Notes: generated from the sequence alone by a model not told the origin. 63,666 nucleotides of DNA, filler included, from Stramenopiles sp. TOSAG23-2 (GCA_900128395.1; 7 parts of 7 records of this genome joined end to end with filler, not necessarily neighbours in it), one strand, 5' to 3'. Counted from the whole stretch's first letter, positions 44,479-56,926 are shown. Made by a program: numbers and translations.

Positions 44479-45307
44479 GTTGATTTGATTGAAACTTTCG
44501 ATATCAACGTAAATGTAATATATGACAAATGAATCTATTCGATAACAGAGAATAATCTATCTGCAATTTCACCCAGCGATTTCCCCCAATCAATGTACGT
44601 CCGATTTGTTCTTCCTCTCAAATGTGTTCCTATCTACATTTTTACATGTATTATTTGCAACGTATTTGTTGGTTGAATAGTTTTTGTGCCAGCAAATTAA
44701 GGAATTAAGGAAAAAGAAGAAGAGATTGTTAATGGTATATACATACTAATTGAATGGAGATTTGTCAACTGGATTGTGCTAATTTACAATATTCCTTTAA
44801 TTTTTAAGTATGTTTTTCTGCTTGCCTTGCTTGCTGCTATTCCATTATAAATTTATCACTCTTATCATATCGAACACTTTTACATTAGTTGTACTTGTTA
44901 GTATATGATCACTTTCCTACACATCACAGTTATACTTGAAAGGAATTAGAATATAAGAAAATCGAAAAAATTCTTTCTATCAAATGACGCATAATTTATA
45001 CTTGAAAGGGAAATTAGAATACCTCCTAGCGTCTCAAAAGCGTTTTGTGCGGCGGCAATTGGTTTGAGGGAGGCCATTCACCGCCCACACAGAGAGAGGC
45101 TGAAAAATGGACGTTGTTGTTTGTAATAAAAATGAAGAGGGAAAATATATATTTGAAATATATATATGGTGTAACTGCCGAATATATATGTACTAGATAT
45201 ATACATATATTATATATTTCAAGAACATATATATATATATATATCATAAATAAATAAACAAAGAAATTGAAACAAAATAATTAAACGAAAAAAAGGAAAA
45301 AGCAACA

Positions 45308-47827
45308 ATGGCATCGACTAATCCATTTATATATCATGATCAGAACATACGACGTTCAGCATCATCATCTACGAATACCTCAAATTCTTCCTCCTCTACT
45401 TCTTCAGAGTTTAAAATACCAAAGAAAACACCCTTTCATAATATGAAAGCAAAATCTAAAATTATTGGAAAGACACCTATTAGTAATAATAGTAGTAGTA
45501 GGAGCAACAACAGCAATAATAATAATAATAATAATAATAATGGTGACATTGAAAATAGTGAAAACTTCATGGATGTCGATACGCCATTTCAAACAAAAGC
45601 AAAGTCAGCTATTAATCGTATATCAACACGTTTAAAAGAAAAATTGAAACGTGAAAAATCAAAAAATAGTAGTATACCAAGGCCAAAACGTGCCCCACCA
45701 CCAACACCAGTGGATAGTGAAGTAAAACCAAAAGATAGGAAAAGAAGAAGAAAATATGTACCAAACAGTGACGACGACGAGGAGGAAGAGGAAGACGATG
45801 TTATCGATTTGACAGGTGAAGAAGATGAGGAGGAGCAGGAGGACATTCGTGTTAGTTTCAGAAATACACAAAACGCAGTTAATAATTCAAGGGATATTGA
45901 TTCTGATACAGATGACGATGAAGAAGAATTTGAATCCCCAATGCCGCCTCCGCCAAGACTGACGAAAGAACAAATTGTTCATTTAAGAGCAGAAGAATAC
46001 AAAGCTGAAGGAAATGCATTATATGGTAAAAAAGATTATTTATTAGCAGCGAAGAAATATGATTTAGCTATTGCACTTGAACCAAATAATGCTATTTATG
46101 TATGTAACCGTGCTGCATGTTGGCTCATGGTTAATAATTATGAAAAGGCTGTGAATGATTCTAATTTTGCTATTGCATTAGATCCATTATATCAACGAGC
46201 ATACGAAAGAGCTGGTAAAGCATATTTAGCATTAGGAAATACATCAAAAGCACGTACGCATTTAAGAAGATTTTGTGAACTTGCATCATCCATGGAAGAT
46301 ACACCAAAAATGAGAGCAAAAGTACAAGAAATGAAAAATGAAATACGTAAAGCAGATGAATTTGATCAATTATTACAAAAAAGTTTGAAAAGAATTCAAC
46401 AACATAAATTTGTCGACGTTTCCTCGATAACAAAACGTATGAAACAAATTGCTATATCTAGTGGAGTCCCATTCCTTGTAGATGCATGTTTGGTTATTGC
46501 AAAAGCATATTGGAGTGGTATCGATGATATGTATAAAGGTTCCCCTACTGACAAAGCATGGGATCTAGTACGACAACATGTGAAAGCATTTAATATACAT
46601 TATAACCAAGCTGTCGATTGTTTGAAATGTTTAACTTCATGTGGATTCTTTGAAGGTGCTATTAAATTATTTACTATTTTCGATCGTTATGATAAATTAG
46701 AAAGCGAAGAAATGGAACGTTCTACTAGAAATAGTAGTAGTAGTAGTCGCAGAGCATCAAACTATGAATGGAGAAAAGAGAAAGAACGTTTAACTCATTT
46801 TGAAAATTTACGTAAAGCTGGTATACGTTTATATCGAAGTGCTGAATATGGCTCTTCCTTTAAAACATATAGCACCATTATCAACTCAAAAGGGTTGCAA
46901 AATACAAATTACCATGCATATATTTTAGGATTACGTGCTGCATCTTTAGTTGGATTAAGAAGACCGGAAGATGCATTGAAAGATTGCGATCAAGCATTAA
47001 GTATGCGTTCTTCAATGGAAAAAGCCCGTGTGGTTCGAGCAAGAGCTTATTTGACATTAGGAATGCATTCACAAGCTGTTAATGATTTATTAAATGCAAC
47101 GAAAACAGCTGCATCGGATACAGTCAAACGTGAGTTAACACGAGCAAGAAAATCATGGGAAAATGCAGTTAAAGAAGAGAAAAAGAAGAAGCAGCAATAC
47201 CAAGAAAAATATAATAACCAACGTGCCAATGATAGAAAACGCGCACGTACTAGTAGTAATAATAGTCGAAGCAGTAGTAGTAGGTCCTCTAATCATAGAA
47301 GTACATCATCATCTACATCGTCCAACTACAATCCTAATAATGGTAGAAATGAAGATCATGCAAGTAGAAAACGAAGACGTACCGTGCCTGCAGAGACATC
47401 ATCTTCGCGTAATAATAATAATAACAATGCCAGGAAAAGTAGTAGAGAAGATAGAAAACGTCGAAAAAGTCGACGTAAAAGTGGTGGTGTACCACCTCCA
47501 CGTTATAGCGAAGGTGGATGGGCAAATGAGAATCAAAGAAAAGCAAAAGCAGCAGAGAATAAATCCCATTATGAAGTTCTTGGTGTATCAAAACGAGCAA
47601 GTGCAAAATCAATTAAAAAGGCATATCGTAAATTAGCATTGAAATATCATCCAGACAAAAACAAAGAAGAAAGTGCAGCGGAAGTATTCAAACGTATTAA
47701 TGAAGCACATACCGTTTTATCAAGCCCATCTCAAAAATCAAAATATGATAGTAAAATGTCATCAAGAAGTGGCAGTAGTAGCAGTCGACATGGTAGTAAT
47801 TATACATCGTACAGGAGATATAGGTAA
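45308..47827 (+). CDS. TPR-repeat J-domain co-chaperone (DNAJC7/TPR2-like)
   Basis: TPR clamp [19 protein letters not shown], a second TPR block, and a C-terminal J domain [24 protein letters not shown]. Confidence 0.88.
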   Translation: MASTNPFIYHDQNIRRSASSSTNTSNSSSSTSSEFKIPKKTPFHNMKAKSKIIGKTPISNNSSSRSNNSNNNNNNNNNGDIENSENFMDVDTPFQTKAKSAINRISTRLKEKLKREKSKNSSIPRPKRAPPPTPVDSEVKPKDRKRRRKYVPNSDDDEEEEEDDVIDLTGEEDEEEQEDIRVSFRNTQNAVNNSRDIDSDTDDDEEEFESPMPPPPRLTKEQIVHLRAEEYKAEGNALYGKKDYLLAAKKYDLAIALEPNNAIYVCNRAACWLMVNNYEKAVNDSNFAIALDPLYQRAYERAGKAYLALGNTSKARTHLRRFCELASSMEDTPKMRAKVQEMKNEIRKADEFDQLLQKSLKRIQQHKFVDVSSITKRMKQIAISSGVPFLVDACLVIAKAYWSGIDDMYKGSPTDKAWDLVRQHVKAFNIHYNQAVDCLKCLTSCGFFEGAIKLFTIFDRYDKLESEEMERSTRNSSSSSRRASNYEWRKEKERLTHFENLRKAGIRLYRSAEYGSSFKTYSTIINSKGLQNTNYHAYILGLRAASLVGLRRPEDALKDCDQALSMRSSMEKARVVRARAYLTLGMHSQAVNDLLNATKTAASDTVKRELTRARKSWENAVKEEKKKKQQYQEKYNNQRANDRKRARTSSNNSRSSSSRSSNHRSTSSSTSSNYNPNNGRNEDHASRKRRRTVPAETSSSRNNNNNNARKSSREDRKRRKSRRKSGGVPPPRYSEGGWANENQRKAKAAENKSHYEVLGVSKRASAKSIKKAYRKLALKYHPDKNKEESAAEVFKRINEAHTVLSSPSQKSKYDSKMSSRSGSSSSRHGSNYTSYRRYR

Positions 47828-48485
47828 AAAGAAATGTGTTATACCCCTGTATAAATTTTTTCTGAACGAAGTATGTGTGATTGTTTCACTGTATTGGAGT
47901 GTATGAACAATGAGATATGGTTAAATTATATATATTTTTATTCTTTATGATTCAAAAAGTTGTTTGTTTACGATTCCTCTCTTTTTTCTCTTTTAGAAAA
48001 TTTCCGCGTACACATATTGTCGTCTGTAAAAGCATACAAAATATGAACACGTTGATATAGATGAGTTGCTTGTCTATCTAATGTGCTAATAGGTGCTTTC
48101 CTGGCTTTTGCAAAATTATGTGCCATTTTTTACATCTTTAATAGCATATTATACATAGTGTAATAAGTACAAATATGTCAGCTCGCCCTACACCTCCGAT
48201 CATTTTCTCGTAATAAACTGATGCATCATATCAGGAATTACCTCTGTAGTACTATGGAAATACAATAGAAGTAGCGTGTTGTTGTTATAAAATATATATA
48301 TATATCTTAATAAATGAATGAGAATACAATAACCTTTTATATATATATTGAGATAAAGTATAGCATAGAAGGGGAAAAGCTATATATAAATAAATATAAT
48401 ATTTATATACTGTGTGGAGAGAGTAATACATATAGATAGTCTGGTAGGAATAAGATATAGATAATATACAATATATATATATAAT

Positions 48486-49421
48486 ATGAAACAACATTCA
48501 TATGGAACTGGGACTTTTCAACAACCACATAGAAAATTAGCAAATAATAATAATTCTAGGAAAGTTAGTAATAATAATGGTGCATCTTTAGCTGCACAGT
48601 CATTAATGCATCAAACGGATGCAAGTGGCAGACAACAACGTGCAATACCAATGCAACGCAACTCTGTACAAAATACACAGAAGAGAAAGCGTAGCAATAG
48701 TATTTTTTCCGCTATTTGTTGTTGTTTTAGCGCGTCAAATGTAAATGATATTAATCGAGGACAAGGTAGTCCATATCAAGGTTCAGGTGGTGCATATAAT
48801 TTACTTGGTGAAATATCACCAGCAAATTCTGGCAAGCAATGTATCGTGCTTGATCTTGATGAGACTCTTGTTCATAGTTCTTTTAAACCAGTTCCAAACC
48901 CGGATTGTATCATACCAGTTGAAATAGAAAGTATTGTCCATCATGTATATGTTAGGAAACGACCTGGGGTGGACCAGTTTTTAAAGCGATGTGGCGAACT
49001 CTTTGAAATAGTCGTATATACTGCTAGTTTAAGTAAATATGCAGATCCATTGTTGGATAAATTAGATATACATAAAGTTATTGATCATCGACTTTTTCGG
49101 CAACATTGCGTTTTTCATAATGGGCATTATGTGAAAGATTTGTCCATACTAGGTAGGGAGTTAGAACGAACATTTATATTAGATAATTCACCAATGTCAT
49201 ATTTATTTCAACCAGATAATGCAGTTGCTGTAACCAGTTTTATAGATTCCATGGAAGATCGAGAGCTTCCAAATATGTTACCATTTCTTGAAAAATTAGT
49301 TAATGTACGTGATGTTACAAAATATTGCCCGGAATACGATCCAACCGATTGTAACGAATGGGCTAGGCGTGGTATATTCAACGGTGAAGAAAGAAAATCA
49401 AGCCCTGCTTTTAAATTGTAA
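48486..49421 (+). CDS. CTD small phosphatase (SCP/Psr1-like, FCP1/NIF HAD domain)
   Basis: [43 protein letters not shown] motif suggests palmitoylation. Confidence 0.94.
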   Translation: MKQHSYGTGTFQQPHRKLANNNNSRKVSNNNGASLAAQSLMHQTDASGRQQRAIPMQRNSVQNTQKRKRSNSIFSAICCCFSASNVNDINRGQGSPYQGSGGAYNLLGEISPANSGKQCIVLDLDETLVHSSFKPVPNPDCIIPVEIESIVHHVYVRKRPGVDQFLKRCGELFEIVVYTASLSKYADPLLDKLDIHKVIDHRLFRQHCVFHNGHYVKDLSILGRELERTFILDNSPMSYLFQPDNAVAVTSFIDSMEDRELPNMLPFLEKLVNVRDVTKYCPEYDPTDCNEWARRGIFNGEERKSSPAFKL

Positions 49422-49993
49422 ACAGAAAAGAACACAAGAGAGAATGAAAAAAAGTACAAGAGAAAGAGAAAGAAGAAAAAAGCAGAGTAAAAAGTTTATG
49501 CTCTTATATATATATATATATCTATCAGATATCTTAAATATTTTGGTTATCATAATACCTTATCTTCAGTTCTTAATTTTTATAATCGATTTTTTTTTTA
49601 CCTATCAAATTGTAAATAATTTATATATTATACTTTATACTTGAATATATAAATACGGTAAATTAGAATACCAAAAATTATACCGCTCACTCGATCCTAA
49701 ATCATCATCAATTATTTTTTTACCTTATTATATTATTAATTTTTTTTATTTTGAAAAAATGAAAAAATGTGTATTTATTTCGAATTTATTGATAATTTAT
49801 TAAAAAAACTATTTATAGCAAATAGAAATCTGAAGAAGAAGTAGATTCAACGCATTTAATTTATAATCAAAATATATCTTGACACACAGACATACAGACC
49901 TTTGTATATATATTTTCAATAAATCTAATATAATTGCAAATATAAAGAACTTTAATAATTCAAATATATATATATATAATATAATAATTCATT

Positions 49994-51310
49994 ATGGAAT
50001 TTTCAAAAGATAATAATGATAATGAAGCAAGGTCAACTACCTCGGAATATGATAATAGTAATAGTACAAAAGTACAAAAAGTGAAAAAAAGAAGTTTGTA
50101 TAATTTTTCAAAAGTATCATCTCGTGATAATATTGTATATGCAGCATGTCGACCAGGTCATACACATCCACGAGAAGGATTGCTTGTAACACCACGTGGT
50201 CAACCGACTACTACAGAAGCAGTGAAGGAATGGGTGGAACATATGAAATCACATCAAATTAAACGTGTATTATGTTTATTGACACGTTCAGAATTGACAT
50301 TTTATTCAAAATCATTATTATCATCTTATCGAAAATTATTTAATAATGATAATTGTGTAGAAACAGTTGCAGATATTTATTCGAAAGATGCCAGAAAACG
50401 TATATTAGATGCATTGCTTGAAGCAGAAAAAGCTGGTGAACGTATTGTTATACATTGTAGTGCTGGACAAAGTCGAACAGGTGCCTGTTGTGCTTTATGG
50501 CTTCATCATCGCTATAAATTAGCAGTCGATGTTGCTATCAATGAAATCAATTCATATGCATCTGAATCCAATGTATTTCGACAAGCCTCGGAAGATTCAT
50601 TATTAAAAATGTTAGTATTAGAAACTCCAAGAGTTAGTAGTGCTGGAAGCAAAAGTGGTAATAATAATAATAGTAATAAAAATGATAATTCAACAAGTAA
50701 TATTCGTAAAGGTTTGGGTGAACCGAAATCAGCAATCGCACCGCATACACCACGTTATAATATTGATACACCACGTTCCTCGAGACCATTGCCAAAAACT
50801 ATTATTGCATTTGTACAAATGGGTGGTACGATTGATAAAGATTATCCAAAAAGTACTAATGGATATGCATTTGAAATTGGTGAAAGTGCATCAAAACAAT
50901 TATTACAAACGATTGCACATGTACCATTAAATATTAAAAGTGAATTTTATGAATGTTGTAAAAAAGACTCTACAGAAATTACGAAAGATGATTTATCATT
51001 ATTATCAAAATTATTGGGAAAGATTAATTCAAGAAAAATCATTATAACACATGGATCCGATACAATTATTAGTACGGCATCGTATTTAGGTAAAATATCA
51101 TCATTAGCAAAGGAAAAAGTGATTGTATTGACATGTTCAATGCGTCCATATAAATTTACTAATTCAGATGCTGGATTTAATATTGGTACAGCAGTTGGTG
51201 CAGTGAATTGTTTAACTCCAGGTGTATATATAGCAATGGGTGGATGTATTTTTTCACATGATCGTTGTGTTCGAGATGTGCGTAGTGGTGCATTTTATGC
51301 GGTGCCGTGA
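49994..51310 (+). CDS. Fusion: Cx5R (PTP/dual-specificity) phosphatase + short-type L-asparaginase-like domain
   Basis: IHCSAGQSRTG active-site loop; C-terminal GGTIDKDY, KDS, THGSDT, SDAGFNIG and PGVYIAM. Confidence 0.85.
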   Translation: MEFSKDNNDNEARSTTSEYDNSNSTKVQKVKKRSLYNFSKVSSRDNIVYAACRPGHTHPREGLLVTPRGQPTTTEAVKEWVEHMKSHQIKRVLCLLTRSELTFYSKSLLSSYRKLFNNDNCVETVADIYSKDARKRILDALLEAEKAGERIVIHCSAGQSRTGACCALWLHHRYKLAVDVAINEINSYASESNVFRQASEDSLLKMLVLETPRVSSAGSKSGNNNNSNKNDNSTSNIRKGLGEPKSAIAPHTPRYNIDTPRSSRPLPKTIIAFVQMGGTIDKDYPKSTNGYAFEIGESASKQLLQTIAHVPLNIKSEFYECCKKDSTEITKDDLSLLSKLLGKINSRKIIITHGSDTIISTASYLGKISSLAKEKVIVLTCSMRPYKFTNSDAGFNIGTAVGAVNCLTPGVYIAMGGCIFSHDRCVRDVRSGAFYAVP

Positions 51311-51410
51311 TGTGGAATCTGCAGGATATATATGTTTTCCTCCTGCACTTCATTCTTTTCAGTTTGTTTACATATTTAAAGTTTAATTTAATTATAATTA
51401 ATCTAAATTA

Positions 51411-51441
51411 GTCAGACTCTTTCTTCCGGAAAGAGTCTGAC
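51411..51441. other. Perfect 13-bp-stem hairpin about 100 bp downstream of a stop codon
   Basis: GTCAGACTCTTTC-ttccg-GAAAGAGTCTGAC. Confidence 0.85.
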
Positions 51442-51772
51442 GACGCAGACTAATATAAATCTAAATTTTAAATTTAAACCAAAAAAAAAAAATTAAGGTG
51501 GTTTTTCTACTTTTCTCCTATCAAATTACCATATAATATCAGGTACCTGGTAATATTAGATAATTTCATATTTATTACATGCAAACCAGCAAACAAATAT
51601 ACAATATAAAGATATGTCCAAGAGTAATAAATTGCCTAAGTCCTCGTAGTGGAGAGAGTAAAAGTAAATCATATACTAAATAAAGAAATTATAATAATTT
51701 ATTTATATAGAGAGAACACAGATATAATATATATTATTCCAATAATTCTGTTTCAAAAAGATAACTAGAAAG

Positions 51773-52390
51773 ATGAGTGATAGTGAAAATGATGATGAGG
51801 AAACAGATTTTTATGCAAATATGATTACATGCGAAGATTGTGAAGGAAATGAATTTATACCAGATGATGATGAATTAGCAGATGATGAAACAGAGTTAAC
51901 AAATGAAGAGAAAAAAATACGTGCATATAAAACAACATGTTCTGCAACATGCATTAGTTGTGGTGAAAGTGTTGAATATGATAATTTACCATGGGTAAAA
52001 ATGTATGCAAATTATTGTGTATGCTTAGTAATAGCAACAGAAACTGTGAAAGGAAAAAATAAGTTAAAACAATGTAAAGTTGATATTGGTTCAAACGACG
52101 ACGAGGAAGAACCAATAACAGTTATTACTAATGATAAAAATGTTCGTGAAGGTGATCGACTTGTAGTTGCTATGATTGGTGCTGTTGTACCAGCAGGTGG
52201 TGCAGAAGAAGAAGGTGAAAATGAAATGACAATACAAAAAACAAATGTTGGTGGTGTTACATCACATGGTATGTTTTGTGATGAATCCATGTTACGTTGG
52301 GGTAATACTAAAAATAAAGCAATACGAATGCCAGAAAATATTGAATTAGGTAGTAGGCCAACTAGATTGCCACCAAATACAATAAAGTAA
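51773..52390 (+). CDS. tRNA-binding OB-fold protein (PheRS-beta B2/EMAPII-like) with N-terminal CxxC..CxxC zinc ribbon
   Basis: KLKQCKVDIG, ITVITNDKNV..G..VVA..GA, GGVTSHGMFC; CEDC and CISC in an acidic N-terminus. Confidence 0.8.
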   Translation: MSDSENDDEETDFYANMITCEDCEGNEFIPDDDELADDETELTNEEKKIRAYKTTCSATCISCGESVEYDNLPWVKMYANYCVCLVIATETVKGKNKLKQCKVDIGSNDDEEEPITVITNDKNVREGDRLVVAMIGAVVPAGGAEEEGENEMTIQKTNVGGVTSHGMFCDESMLRWGNTKNKAIRMPENIELGSRPTRLPPNTIK

Positions 52391-53131
52391 AAAAAGCAGG
52401 GGAGAAGAGAGAGAGGAGATTTAATTTTTACAAAAAGTATAAAAAAGAAAGAAGGCGGTATGTGTGTGTGTGTACCTAGGATATATATATATATATAATA
52501 TGTAAAGTGTATATTTATACGAATCGTATTTAAAAAACAATCCAGTGCTTCTTCGTCTTATAAAAATATACTGTATAATATATACGTATCAGAGTCTTCT
52601 CCAGAAGATAAATATACACTTTTGTAGCTATTAAAAAAAAAAGTAAAAATTAAAATAATAGTAGCAACCGGTTGCAACCCGAAAAGAAATAATTATCATG
52701 AAAATTATACCAGGTATTTATAATAGTATTTTTGAAGAACGACAAATTAAAATTCACATTAAACATGAAATACAACAAAATACAATAAAGGTGCAAAGCA
52801 CAAAAATAATCACATAGAATATAAATATCCATTTTTTTATGATTTATAAAACATACCATTTTTGTCTTTTCGCGCAACAAGATGATTCAGATTTATGAAA
52901 ATCTTATTACAATCACAAAACTTATAAAAATTTATAATGTATAATATTTGGTGCTATTTATATCCTACTGATATACCATGGATAAAATGGCTTGCGTTTC
53001 GCACACGATATCTTTACAGTAGTGTGAAAAGATACGCAAACAAAATACAGAACAGATACATAAGAAAGAGAGAGAGAAAGAAAATATCTACATTTGCATA
53101 CATTTATGTATATGTATATACATTAGAAACC

Positions 53132-54958
53132 ATGATTACATCAACGATACATCCATTCATATTACTAATAATTATAACACTTATCAAGATTAATAATACA
53201 CCATGTTATGCACTTGAAAATGGATATGGACTTTTACCTGGCATGGGGTGGAATTCAGATTATTGTACAAACTGCACTGGAACACCGTCGTCTTCAGGTA
53301 ATGGATTTGGTGGTGAACGTTTTGTACATCATATCGCAACGTTTCTTAATACATCTGGTTTTCAACGTTTAGGATATAAATTTGTAAATATGGATGCATC
53401 GTGGGATTTAGCATATCGAGATCATAAAACTGGAAATCTTTTACCAGATCCACAATTATGGCCAAGTGGTATTGAAAAGACTATAAACTTTGTACATTCC
53501 TTAAATTTAGGGTTTGGTCTTTATGGTGATAAAGGTACGTTGGATTGTGCAAAACATCCTGGTTCATATGGGCATGAAGTTCAAGATGCAAATTATCTTG
53601 CAAGTATTGGAGTAGATTGGTGGAAAGAAGATTCATGTTATTCAAAAGGAACAACGCATCAAGAAGAAATTAATAATTACGCAAAAATGCGTGATGCACT
53701 TAATGCTACGAAACGTAAGATTTGGTTTGCACTATGTGGATGGCAAACATTTTATGCAACCGATCCAAGTGCAGGCCAGTCATTGGGTAATAGTTGGCGT
53801 ATTGGGCCGGATACTGGAACAGGTTGGTCTGCCGTTATGATCAATACAGAAAGTGGATTGCAAGTAGCAAAATCAAATGTTCCTGGGCCAAGTTTAAATG
53901 GTGGTGCATGGTCAGATGGGAGTTTATTATTGAATCCGGGAATGGGGAAAAGTGAAGCAGATATGATTTCTAATGCACGACATCGTAGTATGTTTTCTTT
54001 ATGGTGTATATTAGGCTTTAATCTTTTAATGACAGGTAATTTATCTGCACTTGATCCATATGTTATTGAAACATGGAGTAATCCTGACATGATTGCAATT
54101 AATCAAGATATTAAAGGATATCAACCATTTCGTGCTGATAATGATAGTAAGTGTTTTCATTCATCAAATAAATATTGCAACCATGATGATATAGTAGTAT
54201 CGGAAGAAAATAATAATAACAATAATTATGTTCAGGCAAGATTGGAAGAATGTGGAGGAGAACCTGAGCTTCAAATGTGGGAACAAAATGTACCATCAAA
54301 TGGGTTTTGGAAAAATTTAAAATCAAATGTATGTTTAAATGTACAAGATTGTAAATCTGAGATAATTTACGATGCATGTAGAACAACTGATCCATCTTCT
54401 TCGTGTTCCGGAGAAAAGACACCATTTTTAAATGAAGAATTTGATTTAATAGTAGTGAATAATAACAATAATAAGAGGTTAATGTTGCAATCGCGATTGA
54501 CAAATATTGGATATAAGAGCAACAACGATAGTACGCATGGATGTATTGCATCACAAGGTGCATCAGGATTATTAAATTTAGTTACATGCAGTAATACATC
54601 TGCAGCTCAAATGTTTCGTTATGATGCAATTACAAAGCAATTAACAAGCTATGTTGATGGTAGATGTTTAACCGGGCCAACTGCAAATCCTCCATCTTCA
54701 AACAATATTTTAATTATTGGTAGACATTTATACGATGGCAAAACTGCCCTTCTTATGTTAAATAATAATAATAAAACTGGTACAATAACTTGTGATAAAA
54801 AGTGCTTTACAAAACTTGGTATTATGCCATCAAAATCGAATCCATTATATGTTCGTGATCTTTGGCTTCATGTAGATTTAAAACCAATTACAGAACCATT
54901 CTTAAGTCAACTTGTGGAAGGTAATGGTGGAAGTGTCGTATTGAGATTGACTTTTTGA
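53132..54958 (+). CDS. Secreted GH27 alpha-galactosidase-like glycosidase with ricin-B-type lectin insert
   Basis: LENG...PGMGWNS, FGLY, GVDWWKEDSC (nucleophile Asp), SWRIGPD (acid/base Asp), IAINQD; QxW/QxF repeats with C-L motifs; VRDLW C-terminal sandwich. Signal peptide from ATG 53132. Confidence 0.9.
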   Translation: MITSTIHPFILLIIITLIKINNTPCYALENGYGLLPGMGWNSDYCTNCTGTPSSSGNGFGGERFVHHIATFLNTSGFQRLGYKFVNMDASWDLAYRDHKTGNLLPDPQLWPSGIEKTINFVHSLNLGFGLYGDKGTLDCAKHPGSYGHEVQDANYLASIGVDWWKEDSCYSKGTTHQEEINNYAKMRDALNATKRKIWFALCGWQTFYATDPSAGQSLGNSWRIGPDTGTGWSAVMINTESGLQVAKSNVPGPSLNGGAWSDGSLLLNPGMGKSEADMISNARHRSMFSLWCILGFNLLMTGNLSALDPYVIETWSNPDMIAINQDIKGYQPFRADNDSKCFHSSNKYCNHDDIVVSEENNNNNNYVQARLEECGGEPELQMWEQNVPSNGFWKNLKSNVCLNVQDCKSEIIYDACRTTDPSSSCSGEKTPFLNEEFDLIVVNNNNNKRLMLQSRLTNIGYKSNNDSTHGCIASQGASGLLNLVTCSNTSAAQMFRYDAITKQLTSYVDGRCLTGPTANPPSSNNILIIGRHLYDGKTALLMLNNNNKTGTITCDKKCFTKLGIMPSKSNPLYVRDLWLHVDLKPITEPFLSQLVEGNGGSVVLRLTF

Positions 54959-55239
54959 TAATTATTTTATATTTCTAAAAAAAATCTCTTTGCTTAAGTA
55001 CAAAAAATACCTAATCTGGCCTATCAAATATTTCAAAGACTACAAATCTACTGAGTATATGAAAAGTACGATATTAAGTATAAATTTGATAGGAAATGAA
55101 AAACAGAAAACACGGCAAAAAAACACACTTTTCAAGAGTAAAATGTTGAAAGGCGTCTGTCCATGCTAATTTCTACATGCTATGTCCATATATTAAAAAA
55201 ACTTCATAGGGACAATTATCATTACTATAGAAAATAACA

Positions 55240-55339
55240 NNNNNNNNNNNNNNNNNNNNNNNNNNNNNNNNNNNNNNNNNNNNTTAATTAATTAANNNNN
55301 NNNNNNNNNNNNNNNNNNNNNNNNNNNNNNNNNNNNNNN
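55240..55339. other. Artificial contig spacer
   Basis: N44-TTAATTAATTAA-N44. Confidence 0.98.
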
Positions 55340-56279
55340 ATAAACGATTATATGACGATTTCCGGCATAAAATTATAGATAGTGAATCGATCTAGTTTCG
55401 GAGATTATAATATTGAAAATTTTTTGCTCCTCAGAGACATGATCATACGGAAAGAGCTTAAAAATATGTAGAAATAGCATATAAATACCATTAAAAATTA
55501 TGTAAAACTAGGTACTATGTAATATTATGGTCTTTTTTATATTCCTCCTGATCTTATCGATCGTGGGTCATATATCATAAAAGTTTTTTTACAGGGTCAC
55601 TATCATAGTAATATGATATGTATTTTACAGTTGTATATATATGATACTTATTATTAATATTCTATCATATATAGATAAATCCTCGTCCGAATTTGATGAA
55701 TTAAGATTGACAATTCTTCTCGTTTAGACAAACCACTTCTTTTTCATTCTTAAATGTATAAAGTTGTAGATCTGTTTCCTTTATCAGCGGCAGAAAAAGC
55801 TCGTTTGAACAATAATCCAATACTTGAATTAAAGTTTAGAAACAATAAGATAAAAGTATATAGGAAAGTGCAACAAAATCAAGCCAAACGGTTGAAACAG
55901 TTGAAGACACAAGTTTCAGAGTTACGTACAGAAATAAAGGAAGGTATACAATACTATTTCAATCCAGTCAATTTTGTAGTAGTGACTACCAAATTAAATA
56001 TTCATGTACTGAATCAAATTGATGGACTAGGTACTGAATAGGGTATTAATAATTAATAATACTAGTGCTATTTCTATGTTAGCACCAGCACAATATAATA
56101 ATTATATATGTTGTTGTAAAGCAACAATGCTAAAAATAAAAGTGATGCTATAATAATAAAGAAGAAGTGCTAAATGTTATAATTAATAATAATAATTGCA
56201 CGCAATTGTTAATAATAATAAAAACAAATGTAAATTAAACAAAATCGCATTTTTCATAGAGAAATAAGAACAAGAAGAT

Positions 56280-56926
56280 ATGAAAGAAATGAACATAACG
56301 ATGAACAATAATCAAACAGATCTAAATGGGCCGTTGGCAAAACCAGCAACTGATAAATCCAAGAAAAAAAAAGTTTCCAAAGCATTAAAAACTAAATTAT
56401 TAACTATATTATGTAGGGAATTAAATGAGGAACTAGGTATTATAAAAAAAAATAAAGCTACACAAATTAAAAATCAGAAGGCTGTAAGGGTGCGGTCAAT
56501 TAAAAGTAAACGAAAGGGAACAACTGAAATGTTGCCATCCAAGAGATTTAAAATGTTACAGACAGCTAAAAAGTCGAATGCTACGTCTGAAACGGAACGT
56601 GTTAATCCATTTGCTCGACGTAAAGCTAGATCAAATCCTGCAAATATATTTCAAATAAATAATGATAATAATAAAAATGATGCTAGTAATAGTAGAAGTA
56701 CTAGTAGTAATCATACAAATAGTAACAATAACAAAAAGAAAGATAGAAAGAAGAAAAATGAAATTAGTGGTAAAAAAATTTTGTCTACTAATAATAATAG
56801 GAAAGAATCGAAGACGATTTTTAATAACAAACCAATAACTAACGATATGACAGAAGAAAATATACATAAACTAGTTGTAGTAAAATTAACTCAAGCATTT
56901 CGTATAAATATAAAAAAAGGATTTGA
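56280..56926 (+). CDS. Basic low-complexity protein, 3'-truncated by the gap
   Basis: ATG-initiated Lys/Asn-rich frame open to the spacer; no recognisable domain. Confidence 0.4.

Noticed and set aside
55754-56041. 95-aa ORF as a gene
   Set aside because: No domain or other support on a short AT-rich contig.
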